Origin: an uncultured Verrucomicrobiae bacterium
GTDB lineage: Bacteria > Verrucomicrobiota > Verrucomicrobiia > Chthoniobacterales > UBA10450
Assembly: GCA_963815455.1 (NCBI GenBank)
Contig: CAWFGO010000003.1
Coordinates: 640,001-704,000, forward strand
DNA length: 64,000 bases
Direction: 5' to 3'
Within the stretch, counting starts at the first letter, position 1. Every line of letters begins with the position of its first letter. The notes under the pieces are model-generated. The model did no database searches, was not told where the DNA came from, and was given only the letters and a program-made list of their open reading frames with translations. Shown in pieces: positions 22,238-31,049 of the stretch. The translations under genes and the position numbers were made by a program.

Positions 22238-22325
22238 AGATTTGAAGGGAAGAAATAATGTCTCGCGACGGGGCGAACGCAACCATTAATTAGGGAGGGC
22301 GCCGCCACCGCGGAAGCTCTACAAA

Positions 22326-23129
22326 ATGTATCTGTGGCGAAGACAAGCGAACCCAGGCTGGTGGCTTGAAAACGAAGTGGTGTTGCGCGGCCGCGCGGGC
22401 GATCGACTGGCGATCATCGAAAGACCAAATCGCAAACGCTTGCAAATCGAAGTCGCCTGCCAGTCGCGACGTGATGCAGCGAAGCTCGTAAAAGAGTTCG
22501 GCGGGCACGTGCAAAAACTCGGCCGCGATTGGCTAGAGCGATTCGCTCGCGAACAGAAAAGCGAGCCGCTAAAGATCGGGAAGCGGCTCATCATCAATGT
22601 GGGAGGGCCCTCAGTGTCCCGAAGGTCGCTAATTGTTCCCCACGGCGCGGCGTTCGGCACGGGCGATCACGCGACGACCGCGATGTCCTTGCGCTTGCTG
22701 GAACAATTGACTCGTAAATGGGCCCCGGGCTGGACTCTTGTCGATCTTGGAACGGGTTCCGGCATTCTCGCGCTCGCGGCCCGACGCTTCGGGGCTCGGC
22801 GAGTACTGGCAATCGATAATGATGCCACTGCCATTTCCACCGCAAAAGCGAACGCGCGTCTAAATAAGATCGACAATATCGCGTTCCGCATTGGCGATGT
22901 GCGCCGGTCGAAATTTCCTCACAGGATCGACATCGTGACGGCGAATTTGTTTAGCGAATTGCTAATCGAGGTTGTGCCGAGGTTGAAAACAAGCCGTTGG
23001 CTGATTCTCTCCGGCATTTTGCGAACGCAGGAACGCCAATTCACCCGGGCACTGCGACGCAACAAGATCGACATCGTAGAAGTGCGCCGCCGCGGAAAAT
23101 GGATCGCGCTTCTGGCCAAAATTATTTGA
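22326..23129 (+). CDS. prmA: Ribosomal protein L11 methyltransferase-like
   Basis: AFGTGDHATT, LVDLGTGSGILA, IDND, ANL, LILSGIL. Confidence 0.82.
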   Translation: MYLWRRQANPGWWLENEVVLRGRAGDRLAIIERPNRKRLQIEVACQSRRDAAKLVKEFGGHVQKLGRDWLERFAREQKSEPLKIGKRLIINVGGPSVSRRSLIVPHGAAFGTGDHATTAMSLRLLEQLTRKWAPGWTLVDLGTGSGILALAARRFGARRVLAIDNDATAISTAKANARLNKIDNIAFRIGDVRRSKFPHRIDIVTANLFSELLIEVVPRLKTSRWLILSGILRTQERQFTRALRRNKIDIVEVRRRGKWIALLAKII

Positions 23130-23220
23130 CGGCCTGAGCCCCTCCCGGCTACGTTCCTCCAGCCTTGGCGGCTTTGGTTTCTCTGCATTGACGCGGTTAA
23201 TCACGAGCCGCGGTGTAACC

Positions 23221-24297
23221 ATGCAGACAGAAGAACTTTCCTACGCCATCGTGACGCCCTATTCGATGCGCAAATCGCGCACCGGCGGAATCGTCTCGCG
23301 TTTGATTTCGCGCACCGGGCTCGATCTGGTGGCCGCGCGGATGTTCGCCCCGAGCGCCGAGTTAACCAAGCGCTACGCCGAAACGATCGTGACGGAGACA
23401 GATTCGCGGCATCGCGCCACCCAGGAATTGATCCGGGATTACGTGCTCAAGAATTTTACCGGCCAGAAGAACGGTCAGCAGCCCCGCGCACTTTTTTTGG
23501 TTCTTCGCGGTCCCGACGCGGTCGAGAAGACTCATCATACCGTCGGTCACATCGTGCACGAGCGCACCAGCGGCGAGACAATTCGGGATACTTTCGGTGA
23601 TTACATCACTGACGATTCCGGAAAAGCGACCTACTTCGAGCCCGGCGTTCTGGCCGCCTTCGAAGCCAAGGCAATCGAACGCGACTTGAAACTTTGGGCG
23701 GAATTCTCCGATTCCGACGGAGGCGTGCTCGACCAGGCGGTCCATTTTCCGAGCGATGCCAAGATCGAGAAAACGCTGGTGTTAATTAAGCCGGACAATT
23801 TCAAATTCCCGAACCTGCGGCCAGGCGGCGTGATCGAAGTCTTTTCGCGCACCGGCCTCTACATCGTCGGATTCAAGGTCCACCAAATGAGCGTGGCCCA
23901 GGCCGAGGAATTCTACGGGCCGGTCCTGCCGGTTTTGGAAAATAAACTGGGAGCAAAAAGCGGACGCGAAAATTGGGAAAGCATCGTCGAATTCATGTCG
24001 GGCATGAAACCGAGTGAGTGTCCGCCGGAAAAACGAGAAAATCCTGGCACGGAAAAATGCATCGCCATTGTTTATCAGGGCGTGGACGCGGTGCGCAAAG
24101 TTCGCGACGTTCTCGGGCCGACCGATCCGGCCAAGGCGCCGCCCGGTTCGATTCGAAAAGAATTTGGGCAAACCATCATGATCAACGCCGCGCATGCCTC
24201 CGATTCGGTTGAAAATGCCAAGCGCGAGATGGGGATCGTGAAAGTAAACGAGAACAACTTTAAACCTTTCATTGAAAACTTCTATCGTCGCCCCTAG
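23221..24297 (+). CDS. ndk: Two-domain nucleoside diphosphate kinase
   Basis: C-domain EKTLVLIKPD..GPTDP..APPGSIR..NAAHASDS; N-domain is NDK-like without the catalytic His motif. Confidence 0.8.
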   Translation: MQTEELSYAIVTPYSMRKSRTGGIVSRLISRTGLDLVAARMFAPSAELTKRYAETIVTETDSRHRATQELIRDYVLKNFTGQKNGQQPRALFLVLRGPDAVEKTHHTVGHIVHERTSGETIRDTFGDYITDDSGKATYFEPGVLAAFEAKAIERDLKLWAEFSDSDGGVLDQAVHFPSDAKIEKTLVLIKPDNFKFPNLRPGGVIEVFSRTGLYIVGFKVHQMSVAQAEEFYGPVLPVLENKLGAKSGRENWESIVEFMSGMKPSECPPEKRENPGTEKCIAIVYQGVDAVRKVRDVLGPTDPAKAPPGSIRKEFGQTIMINAAHASDSVENAKREMGIVKVNENNFKPFIENFYRRP

Positions 24298-24341
24298 TGT
24301 GCGCTCCTTAAATTTTGCAACTAACAACTGACCACATCGAC

Positions 24342-25505
24342 ATGGAAATCTCCGCCAACGCCGCCCAACTGACCCCTTCGCTCACTCTCTCGATCGATAG
24401 CAAAGCCAAAGCCATGAAAGCCGAGGGCCTCGACGTCTGCGGTTTCGGCGCGGGCGAACCCGACTTCGACACGCCCGAGCACATCAAAGCGGCGGCCATC
24501 GCCGCGTTGCAGGCTGGATTCACCAAATACACGCCAAGCGCCGGGATTCCGGAGTTGCGGCAGGCCATCGCGGAAAAACTGGCAGCCGATAACGGGCTAA
24601 GTTATCGCGCCACCCAGATCGTGGTAAGCAACGGCGCCAAGCATTCGTGCTTCAACGCGATCCTGGCGACCTGTCAGGCGGGCGACGAGGTCGTGATTCC
24701 CGCGCCCTACTGGGTCAGCTATCCCGACATGGTGCGGCTGGCCGGCGCCGAGCCGGTGTTTGTGCCCACGAGCGAGCGCAATTCCTGGAAGATGAGCGCG
24801 GAAGATTTTGAAAACGCCATGACCCCGCGCACGAAAATGCTGATCCTGAATAGCCCGTCGAATCCAACCGGCTCGGTCTACACGGCTGAGGAATTGCAGG
24901 CGATTGTCGATGTCGCGGCCGAGGAAGACATTTACATTTTGTCGGACGAAATTTACGAGAAACTCATTTACGACGACGCGAAACACGTCAGTGTCGCGTC
25001 GCTTTCGAAAGAAGCCTACGACCTCACCATCACGGTCAACGGTTTCAGCAAATCCTACGCGATGACCGGCTGGCGCATGGGCTATTCGGCTGCGCCTGAT
25101 GCGGTGGCCAAGGCGATCGATTCCATCCAAAGCCACAGCACTTCGAATCCGTCGTCGTTCTCGCAGTATGGTGCGCTGGCCGCTTTGAAGGGCGACCAAC
25201 AGCCGCTGGCCGATATGCGCGAAGAATTTGATCTGCGTCGCAATTACATGTTCGATCGGATTTCCAAGATACCGAACGTGACCGCGGTCAAACCGCTGGG
25301 CGCGTTTTACGTGTTGGTGAATATCAGCCAGCTCGGATTGACCTCGCAGAATTTTGCCGATCGCTTGCTCAGCAAAGCGAACGTGGCCGTGGTACCCGGC
25401 GCCGCTTTTGGCGACGACCGCACCGTCCGGCTCAGTTACGCCACCAGCATCGACGTCATCAAGAAGGGTCTCGACCGGTTCCAGGATTTTTGCCGGACGC
25501 TGTAA
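24342..25505 (+). CDS. Class I PLP aminotransferase (aspartate aminotransferase-like)
   Basis: GEPDFDTP, NSPSNPTG, SDEIYE, NGFSKSYAMTGWRMGY. Confidence 0.92.
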   Translation: MEISANAAQLTPSLTLSIDSKAKAMKAEGLDVCGFGAGEPDFDTPEHIKAAAIAALQAGFTKYTPSAGIPELRQAIAEKLAADNGLSYRATQIVVSNGAKHSCFNAILATCQAGDEVVIPAPYWVSYPDMVRLAGAEPVFVPTSERNSWKMSAEDFENAMTPRTKMLILNSPSNPTGSVYTAEELQAIVDVAAEEDIYILSDEIYEKLIYDDAKHVSVASLSKEAYDLTITVNGFSKSYAMTGWRMGYSAAPDAVAKAIDSIQSHSTSNPSSFSQYGALAALKGDQQPLADMREEFDLRRNYMFDRISKIPNVTAVKPLGAFYVLVNISQLGLTSQNFADRLLSKANVAVVPGAAFGDDRTVRLSYATSIDVIKKGLDRFQDFCRTL

Positions 25506-25553
25506 GCCGTTGCAGTTCTTTAGCCCATCAGTGGAGCTGGCGACTTCTTGATT

Positions 25554-25691
25554 TGTCATCCCGAGTCGCGCAGACGACGAGGGACCTCACATCGTCACTC
25601 AACGCGCCCGCTTAACACGAAGGCATGATCGCGTCGCCGATCGCGAGCGTTACTGCTATTCGCGAGGTCCTTCGCTTTGCTCAGGATGACA
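25554..25691. repeat. TGTCAT...ATGACA palindromic element, copy B
   Basis: tgtcatcccgag...gagggacctc / gaggtccttcgctttgctcaggatgaca. Confidence 0.8.
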
Positions 25692-25771
25692 AGCACGTTT
25701 CTTTGCTTCCCGCCTTGCGTATCAACTCGAGTCTTGAGAGGTTCCTCGCGTCGCTCGATATGGCGGGCTAG

Positions 25772-27464
25772 ATGTTTCGAATGCCTTCCGCTTCCCTCGC
25801 GCTCATTCTCCACGCGCATCTGCCGTTCGTTCGGCATCCCGACCACGAGCATTTTCTCGAGGAGGACTGGCTCTTCGAGGCGATCACCGAAACTTACATT
25901 CCACTCCTGCAGATGATGCAGCGGCTGGTGAACGACGGCGTGCGGTTCAAGCTGACGATGTCGATCACACCAACTCTCGCCGCCATGTTGCAGGACGAAC
26001 TCTTGCGCGAGCGTTACGTCCAGCATGTCGATCTTCTGATCGATCTGGCGAAGCGCGAACGAAAACGCAATCGCAATCACCCGAAGCTGCGCGGACTAGC
26101 CAGCTTCTATCTCGATTTTTTTACGACGAGCCGGCGATTCTTTGTCGATGATTGGAAACGCGACTTGATCGCCGCGTTTCGCGAACTGCGAAAATCCGGC
26201 GCGCTCGAAATCATCGGCTCCGCCGCGACGCACGGATTGCTTCCCCTGCTCCAGCAAACAGCTGTAGCCGAGGGCGCCGACCTCGGCCCGCGCGGGACAA
26301 TCACCGGGCCGCGGTCAGCGCCCGCGGCTACAGCTGGAGCCGTCCGCGCCCAGGTGCTGATCGGGCGCGATGTCTATGTCGATCTTTTCGGGACCGCGCC
26401 CACCGGTTTCTGGTTGCCCGAATGCGCTTACGCTCCTGGGCTGGAATCGATTCTGCAGGAAGCGAACATTCGCTGGTTCGTTCTCGATTCTCACGGTCTG
26501 CTCTTCGGAAACCCGCGCCCGCGTCGGGCAATTTTTTCGCCATGCTACACGCCGGCTGGCCCGGCCGCTTTCGCGCGCGACCGCGATTCGAGTCAGCAGG
26601 TCTGGAGCGCGCGCGGCGGTTACCCGGGCGATCCGGCCTATCGGGAATTTTACCGAGATGTCGGGTTCGATCTTCCTATGGAACACCTGGGACCAATTAG
26701 CCGCGGGAAAAGAAAATTTTCGGGGATGAAATATCATCGCATCACCGGACAGGGTGACGAGAAGGAGCTATACGATCCCGCTGCCGCCGAAAAAGTCGCG
26801 GAGGTCCAAGCCACTCATTTTCTCGAGCAACGGAAGCGGCAAATCCGAGAAGTGAGCGCTTTGGGATTCGATCCAATCGTAACGATCCCCTTCGACGCGG
26901 AATTGTTCGGGCATTGGTGGTTTGAAGGGCCGCGGTTCCTGGAGCAGTTCATTCGCAAAACAGCCAATCAACGAGATCTTTGCCTGACAACTCCGAGCGA
27001 ATACCTGAAGGAGCATCCCACCCAGCAAACGATCCAGCCCGCAGCATCGACATGGGGCGAGAACGGTCACCTAGAAGTCTGGCTTAATCCGAGCAACGCC
27101 TGGGTTTATCCGCATCTGCATAATGCCGCTCGACGCATGAGCGAAATAGCGCACAAAAATGTCGAAAGTGGCATGCGCTTCCAGCGCATGTCTCATCGGC
27201 AGGCTGCCGATGCCGCGGTCACAGATCGAGTTCTAAAACAACTCGCCCGCGAACTTCTTCTCGCGCAATCGAGCGATTGGGCATTCCTGATGAAAACCGG
27301 GACGGCCCGCGAATACGCCACCAAACGCACCCTGGATCATCTTGCCCGGTTCAACCGGTTACACGATCAGTTGGCTCGCGAACAATGTCGATGAAGAATT
27401 CCTGAGCGATTGCGAATGGCGAGAAAGTCTTTTTCCAAACGTGAACTGGCGGTATTACATTTGA
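25772..27464 (+). CDS. GH57 1,4-alpha-glucan branching enzyme (DUF1957); frameshift near the C-terminus (~27375)
   Basis: LHAHLPFVRH, EAITETYIP, GFWLPECAY, FDAELFGHWWFEG, LAQSSDWAF; continuation NVDEEFL..LFPNVNWRYYI* in another frame. Confidence 0.9.
26259..26336. repeat. GTAG-type REP doublet inserted in frame in the GH57 gene
   Basis: Perfect 12-bp inverted termini CAGCTGTAGCCG/CGGCTACAGCTG; two internal hairpins; ACAGCTG repeated 72 bp apart. Confidence 0.88.
27168..27216. repeat. Second REP-like doublet inside the GH57 gene
   Basis: gtgg-catgcgct-tcc-agcgcatg then catcggca-ggc-tgccgatg-ccgc. Confidence 0.72.
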
Positions 27465-27504
27465 GACCACACATCGCGATCATGCTTCGTGCCACTTAAT
27501 CGGC

Positions 27505-27903
27505 TTGCTTTGGTTGTCGGCACTTACTGGATGCATGAATTGCAGACAAACAATGATGGAGCCGATCATTACGTCAAAATCTGGCCAGCATATATGTGCG
27601 AGGCACCATATTCCCCTGGTCACTGTGCCCGGCTACGCGGTTCGTGGATGGAATGATCCGATTCATCGGGTCGCGAGTTTCTCTAGTATTGGGCAGATGG
27701 CTGTAGTGGAGGCGTGCAATCCGAATTCCGTTTTTCCAGAGCAATCTTTACATCGCAGCAAGGGATACCCAGAGCGTGCGATGGTTACTTACTGCCCAAA
27801 ATGCGAAGCGGCCGTGCAGATAGCGGCGGCGCAGCCGAATCCAAACCGAATGCCGAGTATTTGGACACAGATTCGAACCGGCATCTTCATAACCGGGCGT
27901 TAA
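27505..27903 (+). CDS. Hypothetical Cys/His-rich putative lipoprotein (true start may be ATG 27482 with frameshift)
   Basis: LWLSALTGC lipobox-like; CARHH, CNPNS and YCPKC motifs. Confidence 0.5.
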   Translation: MLWLSALTGCMNCRQTMMEPIITSKSGQHICARHHIPLVTVPGYAVRGWNDPIHRVASFSSIGQMAVVEACNPNSVFPEQSLHRSKGYPERAMVTYCPKCEAAVQIAAAQPNPNRMPSIWTQIRTGIFITGR

Positions 27904-27941
27904 TCGGCCCGCACCAGCAGCCCCACCATGCCTAAGCCACT

Positions 27942-28057
27942 TGTCATTCCGAGCGAAGTCGAGGAATCTCTCACTGTTCTTTTTGACCAATAATAGAGAT
28001 GTCTCCCGACCTTCGCATAAAGCTACGGCGCGGCGCGCGACTCCGCTCGACATGACA
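27942..28057. repeat. TGTCAT...ATGACA palindromic element, copy C, with nested insertion
   Basis: tgtcattccgagcgaagtcgagg...cgactccgctcgacatgaca; contains ccgaccttcgcataaagctacggcg. Confidence 0.85.
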
Positions 28058-28844
28058 AAGAAAGGTAACTTCGCAGATCCTAATCGTCTTCGCCGCGCTC
28101 TGTAGCGGAGCGATCGCACAAGAGTCGCCGACACCGACTCCTTCGCCCACGTCCGAGGAATCTCCATCCCTTTCCCCAATTTCCCATCGACCCCCGAGGA
28201 GTCCCCCTCATCTTCTCCAAGCGTTTCACCGACCGCGGAGGAATCTCCTTCCCCTAGCGCTAGCCCCGAGCTCACGCGAAATGTTCGTATCCGTTTCGTC
28301 CCGCCGCCGATGGAAGGCACGATCAGCCTCGGGCATCTTCGATGAAAACGGAAACCTTGTGCGGGTCCTGCATCGCGAAGCGAAGATCGACAATTTCACT
28401 GTCGATGCCGATTCGTTAAGCACGACTTGGGACGGAAAAAACTATGCCGGCCAGGATGCGCCACCAGGAAGATATCGCGGCCGCGGGTATGCTGTCGGCG
28501 AGCTTAAAGTTGAAGATTTGGGAAAAGCGAAAAAGCCACCGCCAACCGACGGCGCAGATCGAATTTCGGTAACCCTGGTCGTAAATCCGTTGCTGAGCGA
28601 CACCCGTTCGGTTGTCGATCTTGGGGTCGGCTTCGATGACAAGGGGAGCTTTATAAGAACAATGGACGGATTGCCGCTATTCACGGTGAGCAAGACTCCG
28701 AATCTGGTTCGTGCATCAATCACAAAGAGTGGGAAAAAATCGGCCGATGTCTGGCAGGACGACGGCGCGGTGGTGGAACAATTCCGCGTTTCAAACATCG
28801 ACCAGATGATGGCGTTCGATTGCGGCTTTTTTGAGTTGAAATAA
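28052..28844 (+). CDS. Secreted Ser/Pro-rich protein with FlgD-like Ig domain; frameshifted
   Basis: QILIVFAALCSGAIAQ signal, SPTP-rich linker, then ISLGIFDENGNLVRVL..WDGKN..PPGRY (FlgD_Ig-like); shifts near 28065 and 28330. Confidence 0.6.
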
Positions 28845-28846
28845 AC

Positions 28847-28908
28847 CTGTAGCGGCGGTCTCCGACCGTCGAATCCCTACAACCGCGCTTGACACAAGCG
28901 CTTCTACG
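28847..28908. repeat. Two GTAG-type REP hairpins
   Basis: ctgtag-cggcggtc-tcc-gaccgtcg and gcgcttg-aca-caagcgc-ttctac; the first recurs inverted at ~57267-57292. Confidence 0.75.
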
Positions 28909-28931
28909 ACGCAAGCGAGATTGCTAACAAC

Positions 28932-30254
28932 ATGGCCGCCATCCCCGAATTTCAACATACCGTCGGCAAAACCGCCGGCTTTAGCGGGACCTCGCTGCAC
29001 ACCGGCGAAAAAGTTTCGCTGAAACTTCATCCGGCGCCCGCCGGACACGGGATCAAGTTTAAACGCAAAGATTTGCAGGACGAGCCGACCATCGATGCGA
29101 AGATCGAGAACCTCAAAACGGTCGAGCGCTCCACAACGATTGGTGAAGGCTCGGTGCGGGTCCATACCGTCGAGCATGTGCTCTCCGCGCTTTCGGCGAT
29201 GGGCGTGGACAATGCCATCGTGGAGATGGACGCAAACGAACCGCCCATCGGTGACGGCAGCGCCCAACCTTATGTCGATGTAATCAAGCGCGCCGGCCTG
29301 ACCGCGCAGGAAGCGTCCCGCAAATTTTTCGATGTCCGCGAGCCGATGCACGTCGAATCGAAGGGCGGTTCGATGCTCATCCTGCTGCCCGACGACAAAT
29401 TCCGCATCTCGTGCACTCAGGCCGGACCGAACAATCGGTTCACGCAGTATTTATCTGCTGAAATTACCCCGGCGATTTTCGAGCGAGAGATCGCGCCGGC
29501 CCGTACGTTTGTTTATTACGAAGACGTCGAGCCGTTGATGCAGAAAAACTTGATCAAAGGCGGCAGCCTCGAAAATGCCATCGTGGTTCGCGGTGAAGCG
29601 GTCTTGGGCAAGGAGCCATTGCGGTTCCCGGATGAATTCGTGCGGCACAAGATTCTCGACATCATCGGCGATCTGGCGCTTTTCGGGCAACGTATTCGCG
29701 GTCACGTCATCGCGGTCAAACCCGGTCATGGCGTAAATGCAGAGCTAACCCGGGCACTTGCCCGTGAACATGCCCGAGTCAGCGCCCTGGCCGTGCCGCG
29801 GAGCTTTCCGCCGGGCGAAGGCGGTTTCGATATTAACGAGGTGATGAATATTCTGCCTCATCGTTATCCGTTCCTAATGATCGATCGCGTCATTGGTTTT
29901 GAAGGCGATACCAAAATCACTGCCGTGAAATCGGTCTCGATCAACGAACCGTATTTCCAGGGACATTTCCCGGGCCACCCGGTGATGCCGGGAGTTCTGC
30001 AGGTCGAAGCGATGGCGCAAGGGGCCAGCATTTTATTAATGCGTCTGGCCAGGAGTGCGAGCCGGGTCGGCTACTTCATGAGCGCCGATTCGGTCAAATT
30101 TCGCAAACCGGTTTTCCCCGGCGACACCATCTTTATCCACGCCGAGATCACCAAGACGCGCGGCGCGAAGCTCGCAAAAGCGAAATGCCATTGCGTGGTC
30201 AATGACGCCGTCGTGTCCGAAGGCGAACTGATGTTCACGTTCCTCGATCAATGA
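28932..30254 (+). CDS. lpxC: Bifunctional LpxC/FabZ
   Basis: TVEHVLSAL, EPPIGDGSA, EFVRHKILDIIGD (LpxC); LPHRYPFLMID, FQGHFPGHPVMPGVL (FabZ). Confidence 0.95.
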   Translation: MAAIPEFQHTVGKTAGFSGTSLHTGEKVSLKLHPAPAGHGIKFKRKDLQDEPTIDAKIENLKTVERSTTIGEGSVRVHTVEHVLSALSAMGVDNAIVEMDANEPPIGDGSAQPYVDVIKRAGLTAQEASRKFFDVREPMHVESKGGSMLILLPDDKFRISCTQAGPNNRFTQYLSAEITPAIFEREIAPARTFVYYEDVEPLMQKNLIKGGSLENAIVVRGEAVLGKEPLRFPDEFVRHKILDIIGDLALFGQRIRGHVIAVKPGHGVNAELTRALAREHARVSALAVPRSFPPGEGGFDINEVMNILPHRYPFLMIDRVIGFEGDTKITAVKSVSINEPYFQGHFPGHPVMPGVLQVEAMAQGASILLMRLARSASRVGYFMSADSVKFRKPVFPGDTIFIHAEITKTRGAKLAKAKCHCVVNDAVVSEGELMFTFLDQ

Positions 30255-31031
30255 GCGACGTGCAGATTCATCCAACCGCGATTGTCGATCCTAAAGCGGA
30301 AATCGGAGCGGGCACAACCATCGGGCCATACTGCGTGGTCGGTGCGAACGTCGTGCTCGGCGCGGATTGCTGGCTGCAACATCACGTGACACTTTCGGGA
30401 CCGATGCATGCGGGCAGTGGAAATAAATTTTATGCCTATTGCTCGATCGGTCAGCAAACGCAGGATTTGAAATATCAAGGCGAGCCGACTTACCTCGAGA
30501 TGGGCGACGACAACACGTTTCGCGAATTCGTTACCGTGAATCGCAGCACGACCAGTGAGGGAAAGACGCGTATGGGCAGTCGCGGGAATTTTCTGGCTTA
30601 CAGCCACATCGGGCACGATTGCACCGTGGGCGACGACGTCGTTTTTTCTAATAACGGCACACTGGCCGGGCATGTGCAGGTGGGCGATTGCGCGGTGATG
30701 GGCGGACTCACCGCGGTGCATCAGTTTTGCCGGATCGGGCGGTTCGCGATCACCGGCGGTTGCTCCAAAATTGTGCAGGATGTTCCCCCGTTCATGATCG
30801 CCGACGGCAATCCCGGCGGAAATTCGAGGAGTCAATCTGATCGGGCTCGAACGGAAGAAGTTTCCGCCGGAAAGCGTGAAACTGATCAAGGAAGCGTTTC
30901 GGTTGATTTATCGTTCAAAGCTGAACACGGCCCAGGCGATCGATGCGATTCGCCGGGAATTGCCGGAGAAGAAAGAAATCGCTGAGATCATCGAGTTCAT
31001 TGAGAAGACCGAGCGCGGAATCATTCGATAA
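30251..31031 (+). CDS. lpxA: UDP-N-acetylglucosamine acyltransferase; frameshift ~30813
   Basis: IHPTAIVD hexapeptide repeats, QDLKY, HIGHDC, VHQFCRIG, QDVPPF; after the shift AEIRGVNLIGLER..ERGIIR*. Confidence 0.93.
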
Positions 31032-31049
31032 GATTCCGTTTCGAACTTC

